In this document: positions 26,536 through 35,340 of the stretch, one piece after another | How positions within the stretch are numbered: the stretch's first letter is position 1 | How the letters are laid out: each line of letters starts with the position of its first letter | Virus record (IMG/VR): IMGVR_UViG_3300011335_000219 | Coordinates: 1-37,158 of that record | Direction: 5' to 3' (one strand) | Origin: a virus | Taxonomy: Duplodnaviria; Caudoviricetes | Length of the DNA stretch: 37,158 bases | Translations under genes and position numbers: made by a program | The notes under the pieces: generated by a model | The model's input: only the letters and a program-made list of their open reading frames with translations | Database searches by the model: none | What the model was told of the DNA's origin: nothing

Positions 26536-27973
26536 ACCCAGAATAATTGCCATGTGATGCACCCAAATAAGTCATAATTCCATAAGCTATTTCATCGCCG
26601 CCACCTGCACCCCAATCTGCCGTTGTGGTCACATTTAAACGAACAAATGCGGGTGGATTAGCTTTGTTTAACGTGCCCCCACCGCTAGAATTCAACACAG
26701 TCACAGAATTGACCGTGAATTGATTTAAGCCGACTAATGTGTTGCTGGTTGCGCCATAGATCACGCCGTAAGTATCAGCGCCAGCAACAAAATAAGTCAA
26801 ATAAATTTCTTGTGTGTATATTTCTTGATTTGTCCCGGCAAATGTAGTGTGAAAAAAATGCAGCTTGTATGCTGACGCAATTGAATTTCTACCAAGTGCT
26901 GGGTTTGAATCCAATCCCGTGCCAAGCCCAAGATCAAAATCGTATGTACTACTAGCTTGTATTGCGGCCTGTCGCCACCCGTTTGGAAATTGCGCTCGGA
27001 ACGTTCCATATTGAATGTCATGGATAACATAGTCTACTAGATTGCGATAACTACCACTTGACCAACCCCCAGGCGTAATATTTTGAATGTTAAATCCGCG
27101 TGCAATGGTTAAATCTTCGGCATAAATTAAACCATCGCGGCGATAATCAGGGCCAGCGCTGGTTGTTTCCCAACCGCCTGTATCAATATGCCAAGATTCA
27201 TAAACGTTAATGGCCCCCGCCGTATATTTTAAAAACATTGGGTTTGGATTGGTGTCAAATCCATTGTTAATGGATTTTTGACGTTGAGAATCAAAATTGC
27301 AATTGGCCCAACGAATGCCAGATATTTTTGACCCTGCGCCGATTCCACCACTAACTGCGTACACCGCTGCGCCATTGTTGCTCAACAAGCTAACGCCACG
27401 ACATTCGCACATTTCAAAAAGTGTTTCGTTGATGAATGACCCGTTTGCACCTGATAATTCAAGATAAAAAGCACTTGCGCCCACATCATCACATTCAATG
27501 GTAAATATTCCGTTTTCTACCCATGCATAATCGCTACAAATGATAGAAAACCCATGTCTACCAGTATTGCGAATAAAAACATTTCTGACAATTGGATGAT
27601 CGCCTATTTGCAAACAAATGCCATCTCTGCCAACGCCATTTAAATTAATGCTTAAATTTTCGACTTGTGTTGGGCGATAACCAGCCCCAACCATTATGAT
27701 TCCATCAGCAGTTGCACCAAGCCCAACAAAATTAAACGTAGGCATTCCAACACCAACAATTCTTGCACCTTTATTTGCAAGACCAAGTAACAATGTGGTT
27801 GTGATTTTGTAAGTACCTGAAGGCACAATTACAACTCCATCGTCTGTAACTGAATCAATAGCCGCTTGTATAGCAGTTGTGCTATCTGCAACGCCTGTTA
27901 GGTCTGCACCAAAGTCTAAAATATTTACGGGCGCACCCGTAATCATGGAATAAGAAACTTTCGTAAGCGACAT
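26534..27973 (-). CDS. Tailspike / receptor-binding protein (pectate-lyase-3-like beta-helix)
   Basis: VNILDFGA...DSTTAIQAAID...VPSGTYKI motif; AT-rich body. Confidence 0.85.
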   Translation of the reverse strand: MSLTKVSYSMITGAPVNILDFGADLTGVADSTTAIQAAIDSVTDDGVVIVPSGTYKITTTLLLGLANKGARIVGVGMPTFNFVGLGATADGIIMVGAGYRPTQVENLSINLNGVGRDGICLQIGDHPIVRNVFIRNTGRHGFSIICSDYAWVENGIFTIECDDVGASAFYLELSGANGSFINETLFEMCECRGVSLLSNNGAAVYAVSGGIGAGSKISGIRWANCNFDSQRQKSINNGFDTNPNPMFLKYTAGAINVYESWHIDTGGWETTSAGPDYRRDGLIYAEDLTIARGFNIQNITPGGWSSGSYRNLVDYVIHDIQYGTFRAQFPNGWRQAAIQASSTYDFDLGLGTGLDSNPALGRNSIASAYKLHFFHTTFAGTNQEIYTQEIYLTYFVAGADTYGVIYGATSNTLVGLNQFTVNSVTVLNSSGGGTLNKANPPAFVRLNVTTTADWGAGGGDEIAYGIMTYLGASHGNYSG

Positions 27974-29127
27974 TATTTATTCTCCAATGCCGTTAGTCGG
28001 GTTGTTAATGATTCTATAAGTGCTTGCTGTTCTTGAATACACTTCATTAGTGCATATTGCAAGTCAGTTTGGTAAATTTCTAAACGCATTTTTGGTTCTT
28101 CTTTAGAACCCCAATTGCCTTCAGTTACTAATTCGGGTGCAACCGCTTGCACATCTTGAGCAACTACACCCAACGTCAAGCCAGCATCTTCTTCAAGGTT
28201 TTGGTCGATGTAATTGAATGTCTGAACAGGTATGGCGCAAATTTTGTCAAGATATGAACCTGCTGGTGCAAAGTTTGTTTTTTCTCTGCGGTCAGAAAGA
28301 ATTACGTTATTTGCAGCGTAATTTGCAATGCCCCCATTGGAACGAACTTCCATTTTTAAGCCAACAGTATCATCACAATAAAGATATTGTGAGGCTGTGT
28401 CATTTGGTGCGCCACCTGTATAGCTTATAGCTATGCCATATGGTGCGTCCCCAAAAGGCACTGGTACAACACTATTTTGCAATACTAAAACCTGTCCAGC
28501 AGTAGATTTCAAAACCCCAACTTTTCCTGAACCTAATAGACTCGTAGTCCCCACGAGCAAGTTACCGCTAACAGCCGCAGTACCAACTACGTCAAGTTTC
28601 ACTGCTGGTGATGCTGTGCCTACCCCAACACGACTATTTGTTGCATCGGTATAAAACAAATTTGCATCTGTATCGCCTTCAATACGCACGTTAAAGACTG
28701 CACCAATCTCGTTAATCACAAGATTGGTCGTGCCAATAATCATCTTTTCAGTCAATGCACCAGCAGTTGCAGTCTCAAAGTGAAGCTGTCCCTGTTCAGC
28801 AGTGGAAGTTGGACTGAGAATAGATGCGTGAATTAAACCATACGCTTGCTTGTTGCCTGCTGAATCTTCACCGTTAAATTCAATTTCGCCAAGGGTATCA
28901 GATGCCGCTGGGCTTGCTGAGTCGCGGTATAACTCAAGTATTGGTGCGGCTGCTGCGCCTGCATCCGTAGATGTCAAGGTCATGGCCAAAGCGTCAAAAG
29001 ATCGACCGGCAGTTAAATTAGCAACTGAAACTTGTTTAGTAGTGCTAGATTGAACAATAGGTAAAACTTCGGTTCCCGCCAGCGGGACGGTGGATGCGGG
29101 TAACGCTGAGATTTTGGTATCGGCCAT
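27973..29127 (-). CDS. Tail fibre with C-terminal peptidase S74-type intramolecular chaperone
   Basis: RVGVGTASP repeat; SDRREKTN...GVVAQDV...KCIQEQQ.. C-terminus. Confidence 0.85.
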   Translation of the reverse strand: MADTKISALPASTVPLAGTEVLPIVQSSTTKQVSVANLTAGRSFDALAMTLTSTDAGAAAAPILELYRDSASPAASDTLGEIEFNGEDSAGNKQAYGLIHASILSPTSTAEQGQLHFETATAGALTEKMIIGTTNLVINEIGAVFNVRIEGDTDANLFYTDATNSRVGVGTASPAVKLDVVGTAAVSGNLLVGTTSLLGSGKVGVLKSTAGQVLVLQNSVVPVPFGDAPYGIAISYTGGAPNDTASQYLYCDDTVGLKMEVRSNGGIANYAANNVILSDRREKTNFAPAGSYLDKICAIPVQTFNYIDQNLEEDAGLTLGVVAQDVQAVAPELVTEGNWGSKEEPKMRLEIYQTDLQYALMKCIQEQQALIESLTTRLTALENK

Positions 29128-29136
29128 GATGATTCC

Positions 29137-29634
29137 TTAATTGAACATAACTTCAATGGATGAAGTATACGGCGGTGCTGTTGAAAATGTTAGCGTTGTG
29201 CCTGAAACGGTATATGTATTCTTTTGCTGATACACACCATTAATGTACACAGATGTAAAATTTTCACCCAAGGATGCGGAACTTAGCGTAAATACAATTT
29301 GTGAGCCTGTGCCAGTAAAGTTTTGAACTTGAAATTCCGCAGCGCCGACGCCAGAAATGTTGTCGTAAGTTGCAATCAATACATTTGCGGATGTATACAA
29401 AGCAAATTTATACGGCGATGCCAACAACCATATTTCGCCGCCGGGCACGCGCCCTGCGGAATCTAAAATAATTGGGTTGGTATGCGCCGTGTTGCCGCTA
29501 GAAGACGTATAACTTGTTTTTGGTGTGGTTGTGCCTGCTGCGTAGGTATACAGCTTGCCACCAGACAAAATTACACCGCTGTTAGTAAAAAACTGGGCCG
29601 CAGCGCCGCCCACAGGGGAGAGAAAGACGGCCAT
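29137..29634 (-). CDS. Tailspike anchor / head-binding-like protein
   Basis: GGKLYTYAAGTTTP...NPIILDSAGR N-domain; VYINGVYQ...FSTAPP..SSIEV C-domain. Confidence 0.75.
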   Translation of the reverse strand: MAVFLSPVGGAAAQFFTNSGVILSGGKLYTYAAGTTTPKTSYTSSSGNTAHTNPIILDSAGRVPGGEIWLLASPYKFALYTSANVLIATYDNISGVGAAEFQVQNFTGTGSQIVFTLSSASLGENFTSVYINGVYQQKNTYTVSGTTLTFSTAPPYTSSIEVMFN

Positions 29635-29639
29635 TTATG

Positions 29640-29801
29640 TCACTCCAAAAGAATTAAGCCACCGTCCTCTTGGACGAGATTGTCATTGTTTTCGCACAAC
29701 AAATTGCCGATAATGATCTCGGCATGCTTTCCAGAAACCAGCGTGGCAATACCGCCAAGACCAATGGCTACTGCGTTGCGAAGAGCGACACCAAAGCTCA
29801 T
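29640..29801 (-). CDS. Small virion protein ending NLLCENNDNLVQEDGGLILLE (53 aa)
   Basis: Read by hand; ATGA overlap. Confidence 0.7.
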   Translation of the reverse strand: MSFGVALRNAVAIGLGGIATLVSGKHAEIIIGNLLCENNDNLVQEDGGLILLE

Positions 29802-30100
29802 TGCTTGTTAATCGGTTTGCAATAGATCGCGCCGTCATCCGCAATGCGAATGGCACTTACGCGGAAAGGCGCGCCGGTGCCCATTGGCAAGTAGAACGGA
29901 ATCGGGGTATACGCAGGGATCGGAGTGCTGCCAGTGGTGGCCACAGCACCAGGGCCAATTTCTACATAGCAAGGGGTCGTAGACCAGACCACCACGCCTT
30001 CAGGGCCAGAACCCCAATCAGCAGTATTGCCCGCAGAACCGCTGTAAGACGCGGTGCGGCCAGGAAAACCAGTTTGTGATAGTGGATTCAGAAGTTCCAT
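29798..30100 (-). CDS. Small virion structural protein (100 aa)
   Basis: AAGGA RBS; beta-rich. Confidence 0.7.
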   Translation of the reverse strand: MELLNPLSQTGFPGRTASYSGSAGNTADWGSGPEGVVVWSTTPCYVEIGPGAVATTGSTPIPAYTPIPFYLPMGTGAPFRVSAIRIADDGAIYCKPINKQ

Positions 30101-30109
30101 GATGCGTCC

Positions 30110-30472
30110 TTATGCCAAAAAGCGGAGTTTGTACAGAGTGCGAAGATAAATCTCAATGATGTTGTCAATGAGCTGCTGCAAAGATGAATCGGATTGGTCA
30201 GCCACTTCATACCGGCAATCTTCAATTTCTTTTAGTGAGTCTTCCAAAAACTCAATGATGTTAGCCGTCTTCTTTGCCGACTGCAAAGTAATTGGCCCCA
30301 TCAAACCATGCCGGCCTTGATAGGCTTCCGCAAAGTCATCAGCCGCGCCAATGATTCGGTCATAGAAGATGTTGAGCGCCACATGTTTGCTGTAACTGCG
30401 GGTGTTCAGATGCACTGAATGCGCTACATCCCGCGCCAAAAACAATAGACCTAGAAAATCGCACGCTTTCAT
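30110..30472 (-). CDS. Ferritin/Dps-like four-helix protein (DUF5856-like)
   Basis: AH.VHL.T.SYSKH.AL..FYD...D.FAEAYQG and LYKLRFL motifs. Confidence 0.75.
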   Translation of the reverse strand: MKACDFLGLLFLARDVAHSVHLNTRSYSKHVALNIFYDRIIGAADDFAEAYQGRHGLMGPITLQSAKKTANIIEFLEDSLKEIEDCRYEVADQSDSSLQQLIDNIIEIYLRTLYKLRFLA

Positions 30473-32643
30473 TGTGGCATCCCTTGTTGTTCAGGCATCA
30501 TCTCAGGCATCATTTCATTCTGTTCCCGGCCAGGCATTTCGCTGACCAGATCGCCAGACGTGATCATGCCATGCACCGTGCCCAAGACTATATCTTGAAT
30601 TTGCTCAGGGCTCATGCTGGCCTGCACTTGGGCCAAACGCTTGGTTTCAGCATCATAGCCTTTGACCATTGCCTCAAAGTCCTTGCGCTCTTGCTCTTGC
30701 ACCTCGATAGACTTGCCCACGTTTCGGATCATCTGGTGCATCTGCTCCATCTCTTGGCCCATGGCCTGCATCTGCTGCTGTGCAGCTTGCAGTGCCGGGT
30801 TGTCATCGCCATCAGACATGAACTTGGGATCAATGGTTTTGGCAAAACGCTTGGACATCTCCTGGGCGCCAGGCCAATCCATGTTCTTGACAAACAGGTC
30901 ACCGGCCACAGCCCACAGTTGAGGGTTCCCTTGCAACAGTTGTGCCATTGCTTCCAGGGCTTCTTGACGTTTGGTCGCGTAGCCTGGGCCAGTGATTGCC
31001 ACCACGTCGTACTTGCCGACTCCTGGGTTGTAGATTTTTTCAATCACAATTCCACGCTCATCCATAATCTTGTTGACCGGCTGCTGTTGTTCCGGGTTGA
31101 TCTTGATCATCTTGGTCTCGCCATCTTCACCGATGATGCGAGCGATGCGCTGGGTGTCGTAAATCTTGGGGATCAAGTCCACCAGTTGGCGGGCCACATG
31201 GCGCACGCCACGGGCCAGGTTGTCGCCGTAGTGATATGTGCCCACATCGCCTTCGCGCTGGCGCGCAAGAATGGCTTTGCCGCTGCGTTCGTTGGAGCCC
31301 ATGCCCAAAGATGCGTTGTACTGACCTGTGGTGCTCTTGATGTCTTCAGACGCCCCTGCCTTGGCTTGCAAAAGACCGCTGGAAGCCATTGGCGGCTGGG
31401 CCCGCTGGGGTAATGGCAAAATAGCGCCTTGGCCGTCTGTGACGTCTGGATTGACCTCTAAATACGGCCAGTTCTGGGTATTGGCGGTCTTCCATTGCTG
31501 TTCGTAGCCTTCAAACTGGCCACCGTAGCCAATAAACGGGGCTTTGGGCGCCAAAGCAAGCATCTCGGCCTCTTGTGACACCCAGTAGTTGTACATGCGC
31601 TGGGCATCTTTGGCGTTGCGCACCAAACCCGACACATACAAACGACCGTCAACTTCAAATTCGTTGCCCACAATGCGAATCACGGGGATGTACTTGCCCG
31701 CCCACTCGCGTTCTTCAAGGATTTCGTACCCGTTGATTTTGCAATATTTGACCTTTGGACGGTCAGACTCGCGTGACTTCTTGGGCTTGCCGTAGATCGC
31801 CCGCAGTTGCTTGTCTTCGGGCGTACCCTCAAACGCTGTGGCGTTGCCGGGGTACAGGTTCAGTGTCGTGCGGTCAAAGTCGATGTAGTAGTAATCCGCA
31901 ATGCGGATCGTGTCTTCATTGAGCCAGTTGCTGATCGACTGATCGCCCACACCCAGCGATTGCAAGGTGGTGATGGGCGAGGCGTCTGGGTACATCCGCT
32001 CAAACTCGGCTTTGGTTACATCTTCAGTGACAAAGCACCATTTAGCGTCCGCGCCGGTTGGGTCTTGAATGGTTGGATCCATGTAGACCGAAAAAGAATT
32101 GCGAACACGGCCAATCTTAATATCTTGGTCAAACGTGTTGTCTTCGCAGTACTCGGTCAGCAGGCGAAGGTAACCTTCGCCGTAAGAAACTTGGTTTTCG
32201 CAGGCAGTGTCATAGGCCACATCGGCGTCGCTGATGTACTCAATGTGCCGAATCATGCCATTGAAAATGTCGGCCACTTCCACGTCGGCGTTGTCGTCCA
32301 CCGGGATGACCTTGGCCCCAGGCCGGTTCTGGCGCTGGTCGTTGGTGACCTGGCGCACATGCTGGGGCAGCTTGTTGATCGTCAGACACGGGCGGGCGTT
32401 GATCGTTTGACCTTGCACCGCGCCACGGGTGGCCAGCACATCGGCGGGCCACTGCCAGTGGTTGTCAGGCGAACCGGCATAACAGCGCAGGTCGTCGATC
32501 TCATCTTCGCGGCTTTCGGCAAGCGCGGACACCGCCAGATCAAGCCTGGCACGGGCTGTGGCCAAGATGTCAGACGCGCTTTTCTTTGGTTTACCGCCTT
32601 CGGCCACTGCGCCAGCAGCCGCAATGCCTGTGAAGTCTGCCAT
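30469..32643 (-). CDS. Portal protein (P22-like)
   Basis: 724 aa; RPCLTINKL, KDAQRMYNYW, SG.AI.ARQ and GKYDV...GP.Y.TKRQEA motifs; Gln-rich barrel. Confidence 0.92.
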   Translation of the reverse strand: MADFTGIAAAGAVAEGGKPKKSASDILATARARLDLAVSALAESREDEIDDLRCYAGSPDNHWQWPADVLATRGAVQGQTINARPCLTINKLPQHVRQVTNDQRQNRPGAKVIPVDDNADVEVADIFNGMIRHIEYISDADVAYDTACENQVSYGEGYLRLLTEYCEDNTFDQDIKIGRVRNSFSVYMDPTIQDPTGADAKWCFVTEDVTKAEFERMYPDASPITTLQSLGVGDQSISNWLNEDTIRIADYYYIDFDRTTLNLYPGNATAFEGTPEDKQLRAIYGKPKKSRESDRPKVKYCKINGYEILEEREWAGKYIPVIRIVGNEFEVDGRLYVSGLVRNAKDAQRMYNYWVSQEAEMLALAPKAPFIGYGGQFEGYEQQWKTANTQNWPYLEVNPDVTDGQGAILPLPQRAQPPMASSGLLQAKAGASEDIKSTTGQYNASLGMGSNERSGKAILARQREGDVGTYHYGDNLARGVRHVARQLVDLIPKIYDTQRIARIIGEDGETKMIKINPEQQQPVNKIMDERGIVIEKIYNPGVGKYDVVAITGPGYATKRQEALEAMAQLLQGNPQLWAVAGDLFVKNMDWPGAQEMSKRFAKTIDPKFMSDGDDNPALQAAQQQMQAMGQEMEQMHQMIRNVGKSIEVQEQERKDFEAMVKGYDAETKRLAQVQASMSPEQIQDIVLGTVHGMITSGDLVSEMPGREQNEMMPEMMPEQQGMPQ

Positions 32644-32819
32644 TATTTGATCTTGCTAAGGACTTTGTTCACCGTCGCCTTGACATTGTTGCCCGATGGA
32701 ATCGTGGCATGGCAGTTGGCAGTGGGTGAATAAGTCTCTTTGTTGCGTGCTGGCATGCCAGCGCCCGACATTTTGGGTTCGCGGCTGTTCAGTTTGGCAA
32801 TGGGGGCAAGCGTCTTCAT
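32643..32819 (-). CDS. Small basic protein (58 aa)
   Basis: Read by hand; AAGGA RBS; ATGA and TAATG overlaps. Confidence 0.65.
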   Translation of the reverse strand: MKTLAPIAKLNSREPKMSGAGMPARNKETYSPTANCHATIPSGNNVKATVNKVLSKIK

Positions 32820-32953
32820 TTCTTTCCTTTCGGGGCTGCACGTTTGACTGCATACGCAATGGCCACGGCCTGCTTGACGGGCTTGCCCGCCTTGACCTCG
32901 GCCTTGACGTTTTTGCGGAATGCTTCGGGGGATTTGGATTTGACAAGCGGCAT
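32816..32953 (-). CDS. Small basic protein MPLVKS...GKPVKQAVAIAY (45 aa)
   Basis: KQAVAIA motif typical of terminase/portal-adjacent small proteins. Confidence 0.75.
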   Translation of the reverse strand: MPLVKSKSPEAFRKNVKAEVKAGKPVKQAVAIAYAVKRAAPKGKK

Positions 32954-32954
32954 G

Positions 32955-33107
32955 TTACTTCTTCTTTGCAGTTTTGGCCGATTCTTTGAAAGCCTTGGCA
33001 GTTGGGGCACCAGGCGAGCCAGGTTTCCTCATCTTCTCTTTAGAGCCAGCGGCGATACGTGCCTGTTTTGCGTGAATGTTGGCATACAAGCCGGGTTTAG
33101 TAGCCAT
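32955..33107 (-). CDS. Small basic protein MATKPGLYANIHAKQ... (50 aa)
   Basis: GLYANIHAK..RI..GS.EKMRKPG motif; Lys-rich. Confidence 0.75.
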   Translation of the reverse strand: MATKPGLYANIHAKQARIAAGSKEKMRKPGSPGAPTAKAFKESAKTAKKK

Positions 33108-33108
33108 A

Positions 33109-33363
33109 TTAACACTTCCATCGTTTGAGTGACGCCTTGGCGCGTTCAGCATCGCCTTTGGCATGCTTGACTACGCCTTCCATGCGGGCGCAAAAACTGG
33201 CTTTGCGGCCAGCATCTGCTTTGGTCTTGGGGCTGGGCGCTGGCGCCTTGAGGTTAGAGCCTGTAGCGGCGTTGTACTTAGCGCGGCCCTTCTCAGTCAG
33301 ACCAGCGCCTTTAGACACCGGCAACTTTTCGCCGCGACCGACACTGAGGGATACCTTCTTCAT
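33109..33363 (-). CDS. Small basic protein (DUF6321-like, RKASFCARM)
   Basis: GLT.KGR.KYN, SFCARM and LKRWKC motifs; ATGA overlap with terL. Confidence 0.75.
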   Translation of the reverse strand: MKKVSLSVGRGEKLPVSKGAGLTEKGRAKYNAATGSNLKAPAPSPKTKADAGRKASFCARMEGVVKHAKGDAERAKASLKRWKC

Positions 33364-34883
33364 GCGCCCATCCATCCTGTAGATACTGCGCTACCGTAGC
33401 TTCTGGCGGTGCGCTTGGGTTCGACATATTCACGATGTGCTACTGGAAAGGCAAACGTGACGCAGATGGCGTCAGCAGCGTCGGGTGAGGCAAGACCGCG
33501 AGCTTTCATTTCCTTTTTGCTTTCCAAGAAGATTGTTCCCCGTGAATCAGGCTTCATCATAGGCGAAATCAAGTCCGTCTTCAAGAACCTGTCGCTAGGG
33601 ATACTAGCAGATTTCAGCCATTCTCGCATATCTCCCCACATCTGCGCGCGCATATTACCGTACATGATCGGGTTTTTGGCCTTATTTCCAAAGTTTATGC
33701 CCTTGACCTTGTACCGCTGCTCTTTTAATCGATCGACAATACCCGCGCCCAGCCCGCCTTCGTCAATCACAACCAGCGCCGGCTTGAATTCTTCAATTGC
33801 TTCGATCACATACCCCACCACCGTCATGGTGTCGTCGCCCCTGTGGCGCATGATCTTGACAATATCCCGCCCTTGACGCACGGCAATCACCGTGGCGTCC
33901 GCTCCAAACCGCGCCGGGTCTACGCCGATCACGATTGGGGCGCTGGCGTCCTTGTACTTGGGCCGGGCCATGGCGTCGTCCACAATATCAGCCCCGATGA
34001 ACTGGTCATCCCCCGCACTGGGGAACATGCCGTAGACCTCAACGTGCGCCTGGGATGAGTCAGGCCCATATTCGTCAATAATTCGGTTGTAGACCGCCTT
34101 GTCGGTGCCCTCGACCGTTCTGGCGTCCACAATTCGGGTGCGCCAAAACGCCCGTTTGGAGTTAAAAGCCTCGTAAAAGTACCCGGTGTTGCGTCGTGGG
34201 TTACTGAAGGCCAACCAAAAGCGGTTTGGCGTGTTTTCTGTGAAAAAACCGCCGGTCACCGCCCAGATCGAGTCGTCAATACCTGACGCTTCGTCAAAAA
34301 CCACCAGCACACCATCAAAGTTGTGCACGCCAGCGTAGGCGTCGGGGTTCTCCGCTGACCACAACCGCCCTTCCACGCCCCAGTACCGGGTGCCTTTCTT
34401 CAAATCCCGCTCAACCAGTTCAGTTAACCACTTGGCCGGCATGACGCGGGTCGCCGACACTTCAAACCAGTGCGAGTTGATGGCCATCGCCAGCCATTTG
34501 GTGATCTCGGCCCAAGTGATTGAGCGGAGTTGGCTCTCGGAGTTGGCCGATATGATGGTCGTAGATCCAATCCTGGTGGCCAGCATCCAAATCGTGATCC
34601 AACTGACCAACGCCGACTTGCCAATACCCCGGCCAGATGAGATGGCTTCTTGCAGCACATCAAAGTCTGCTTTGCCTTGGTTCAGTTTGATGTGCTCGGC
34701 AATGTCTAGCAGCACCTCGCGCTGCCATTTACGCGGGCCAGTGAAGTGTTCCAGCGGCGTGCCCTTAACGCCCCAGGGAAAAGCAAACATCACAAACGCT
34801 AAAGGGTTGTCCTTGATCGCCGGGCTCCACAGCCGGGCCATCAGCTCTTGTTCGTCTTCAGCGCTGTACTTGGTGCTCTGCAT
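33360..34883 (-). CDS. terL: Terminase large subunit
   Basis: SGRGIGKS Walker A; VFDEASG Walker B; SNP coupling motif; GVDPARFG.D and SPDAADA nuclease motifs. Confidence 0.95.
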   Translation of the reverse strand: MQSTKYSAEDEQELMARLWSPAIKDNPLAFVMFAFPWGVKGTPLEHFTGPRKWQREVLLDIAEHIKLNQGKADFDVLQEAISSGRGIGKSALVSWITIWMLATRIGSTTIISANSESQLRSITWAEITKWLAMAINSHWFEVSATRVMPAKWLTELVERDLKKGTRYWGVEGRLWSAENPDAYAGVHNFDGVLVVFDEASGIDDSIWAVTGGFFTENTPNRFWLAFSNPRRNTGYFYEAFNSKRAFWRTRIVDARTVEGTDKAVYNRIIDEYGPDSSQAHVEVYGMFPSAGDDQFIGADIVDDAMARPKYKDASAPIVIGVDPARFGADATVIAVRQGRDIVKIMRHRGDDTMTVVGYVIEAIEEFKPALVVIDEGGLGAGIVDRLKEQRYKVKGINFGNKAKNPIMYGNMRAQMWGDMREWLKSASIPSDRFLKTDLISPMMKPDSRGTIFLESKKEMKARGLASPDAADAICVTFAFPVAHREYVEPKRTARSYGSAVSTGWMGA

Positions 34884-35304
34884 GCGTGGGTAACTCTAAT
34901 TTAGGGCTGGGTGCGTGGGCGATAACGTCGATGACTCTGGACTCAGCGTCGCGCAGCGCCTGGGTGACTGAGATGCGCTGATCGACATCAATAGTGATAG
35001 ATTGCTTGGCCACCCAACCGTGGACGTTCTGGAGTATGGCCAACGCCGCTTTGGAGTCGCCTTCGCGCGCTGCCTTGTGCAGGCACTGAGACATTTCCAT
35101 CTCAGCGTCTGCTTTGCCTTTTTGCGCGGCCATCTCCGCGATGGGGTCAAGCTGCACCAGTTGCCGGTACTCGGCGGGCAGCATGCCGGAGGCCAACGCC
35201 AACGAGTCGCCTTTCAGCCCCAGCTTGGCAGCTTCGTAGATGCGGGTTAAGCGCGCCTCAGTCGCTTCGACCTTGCGCGGTGCAAAAGGTAGGCTTTCAA
35301 ACAT
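34858..35304 (-). CDS. terS: Terminase small subunit (probable)
   Basis: Helical 148-aa ORF overlapping the terL start; GDSKAALAILQNVHGW motif. Confidence 0.75.
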   Translation of the reverse strand: MFESLPFAPRKVEATEARLTRIYEAAKLGLKGDSLALASGMLPAEYRQLVQLDPIAEMAAQKGKADAEMEMSQCLHKAAREGDSKAALAILQNVHGWVAKQSITIDVDQRISVTQALRDAESRVIDVIAHAPSPKLELPTHAEHQVQR

Positions 35305-35310
35305 GGGCTG

Positions 35311-35319
35311 AATATAACA
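35311..35319 (-). promoter_or_regulatory. Extended -10 late promoter (TGTTATATT) 7 nt from the terS ATG
   Basis: TGn-TATATT; no SD before the ATG. Confidence 0.5.
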
Positions 35320-35340
35320 AAAATTTTTAAAAATGAACGG

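Noticed and set aside
26534-29127. Diversity-generating retroelement or invertible tail-fibre switch
   Set aside because: No reverse transcriptase, invertase or template/variable repeat pair was seen
30472-32733. Long + strand ORFs (313 aa, 308 aa), and similar ones at 16302-17069, 21658-22230 and 24950-25579
   Set aside because: Antisense shadows of well-supported genes; no RBS or motifs
11989-35304. Genome-wide amber recoding (genetic code 15)
   Set aside because: Only one internal TAG was found; other genes are full length in code 11; TAG serves as the gp10-like stop; no suppressor tRNA
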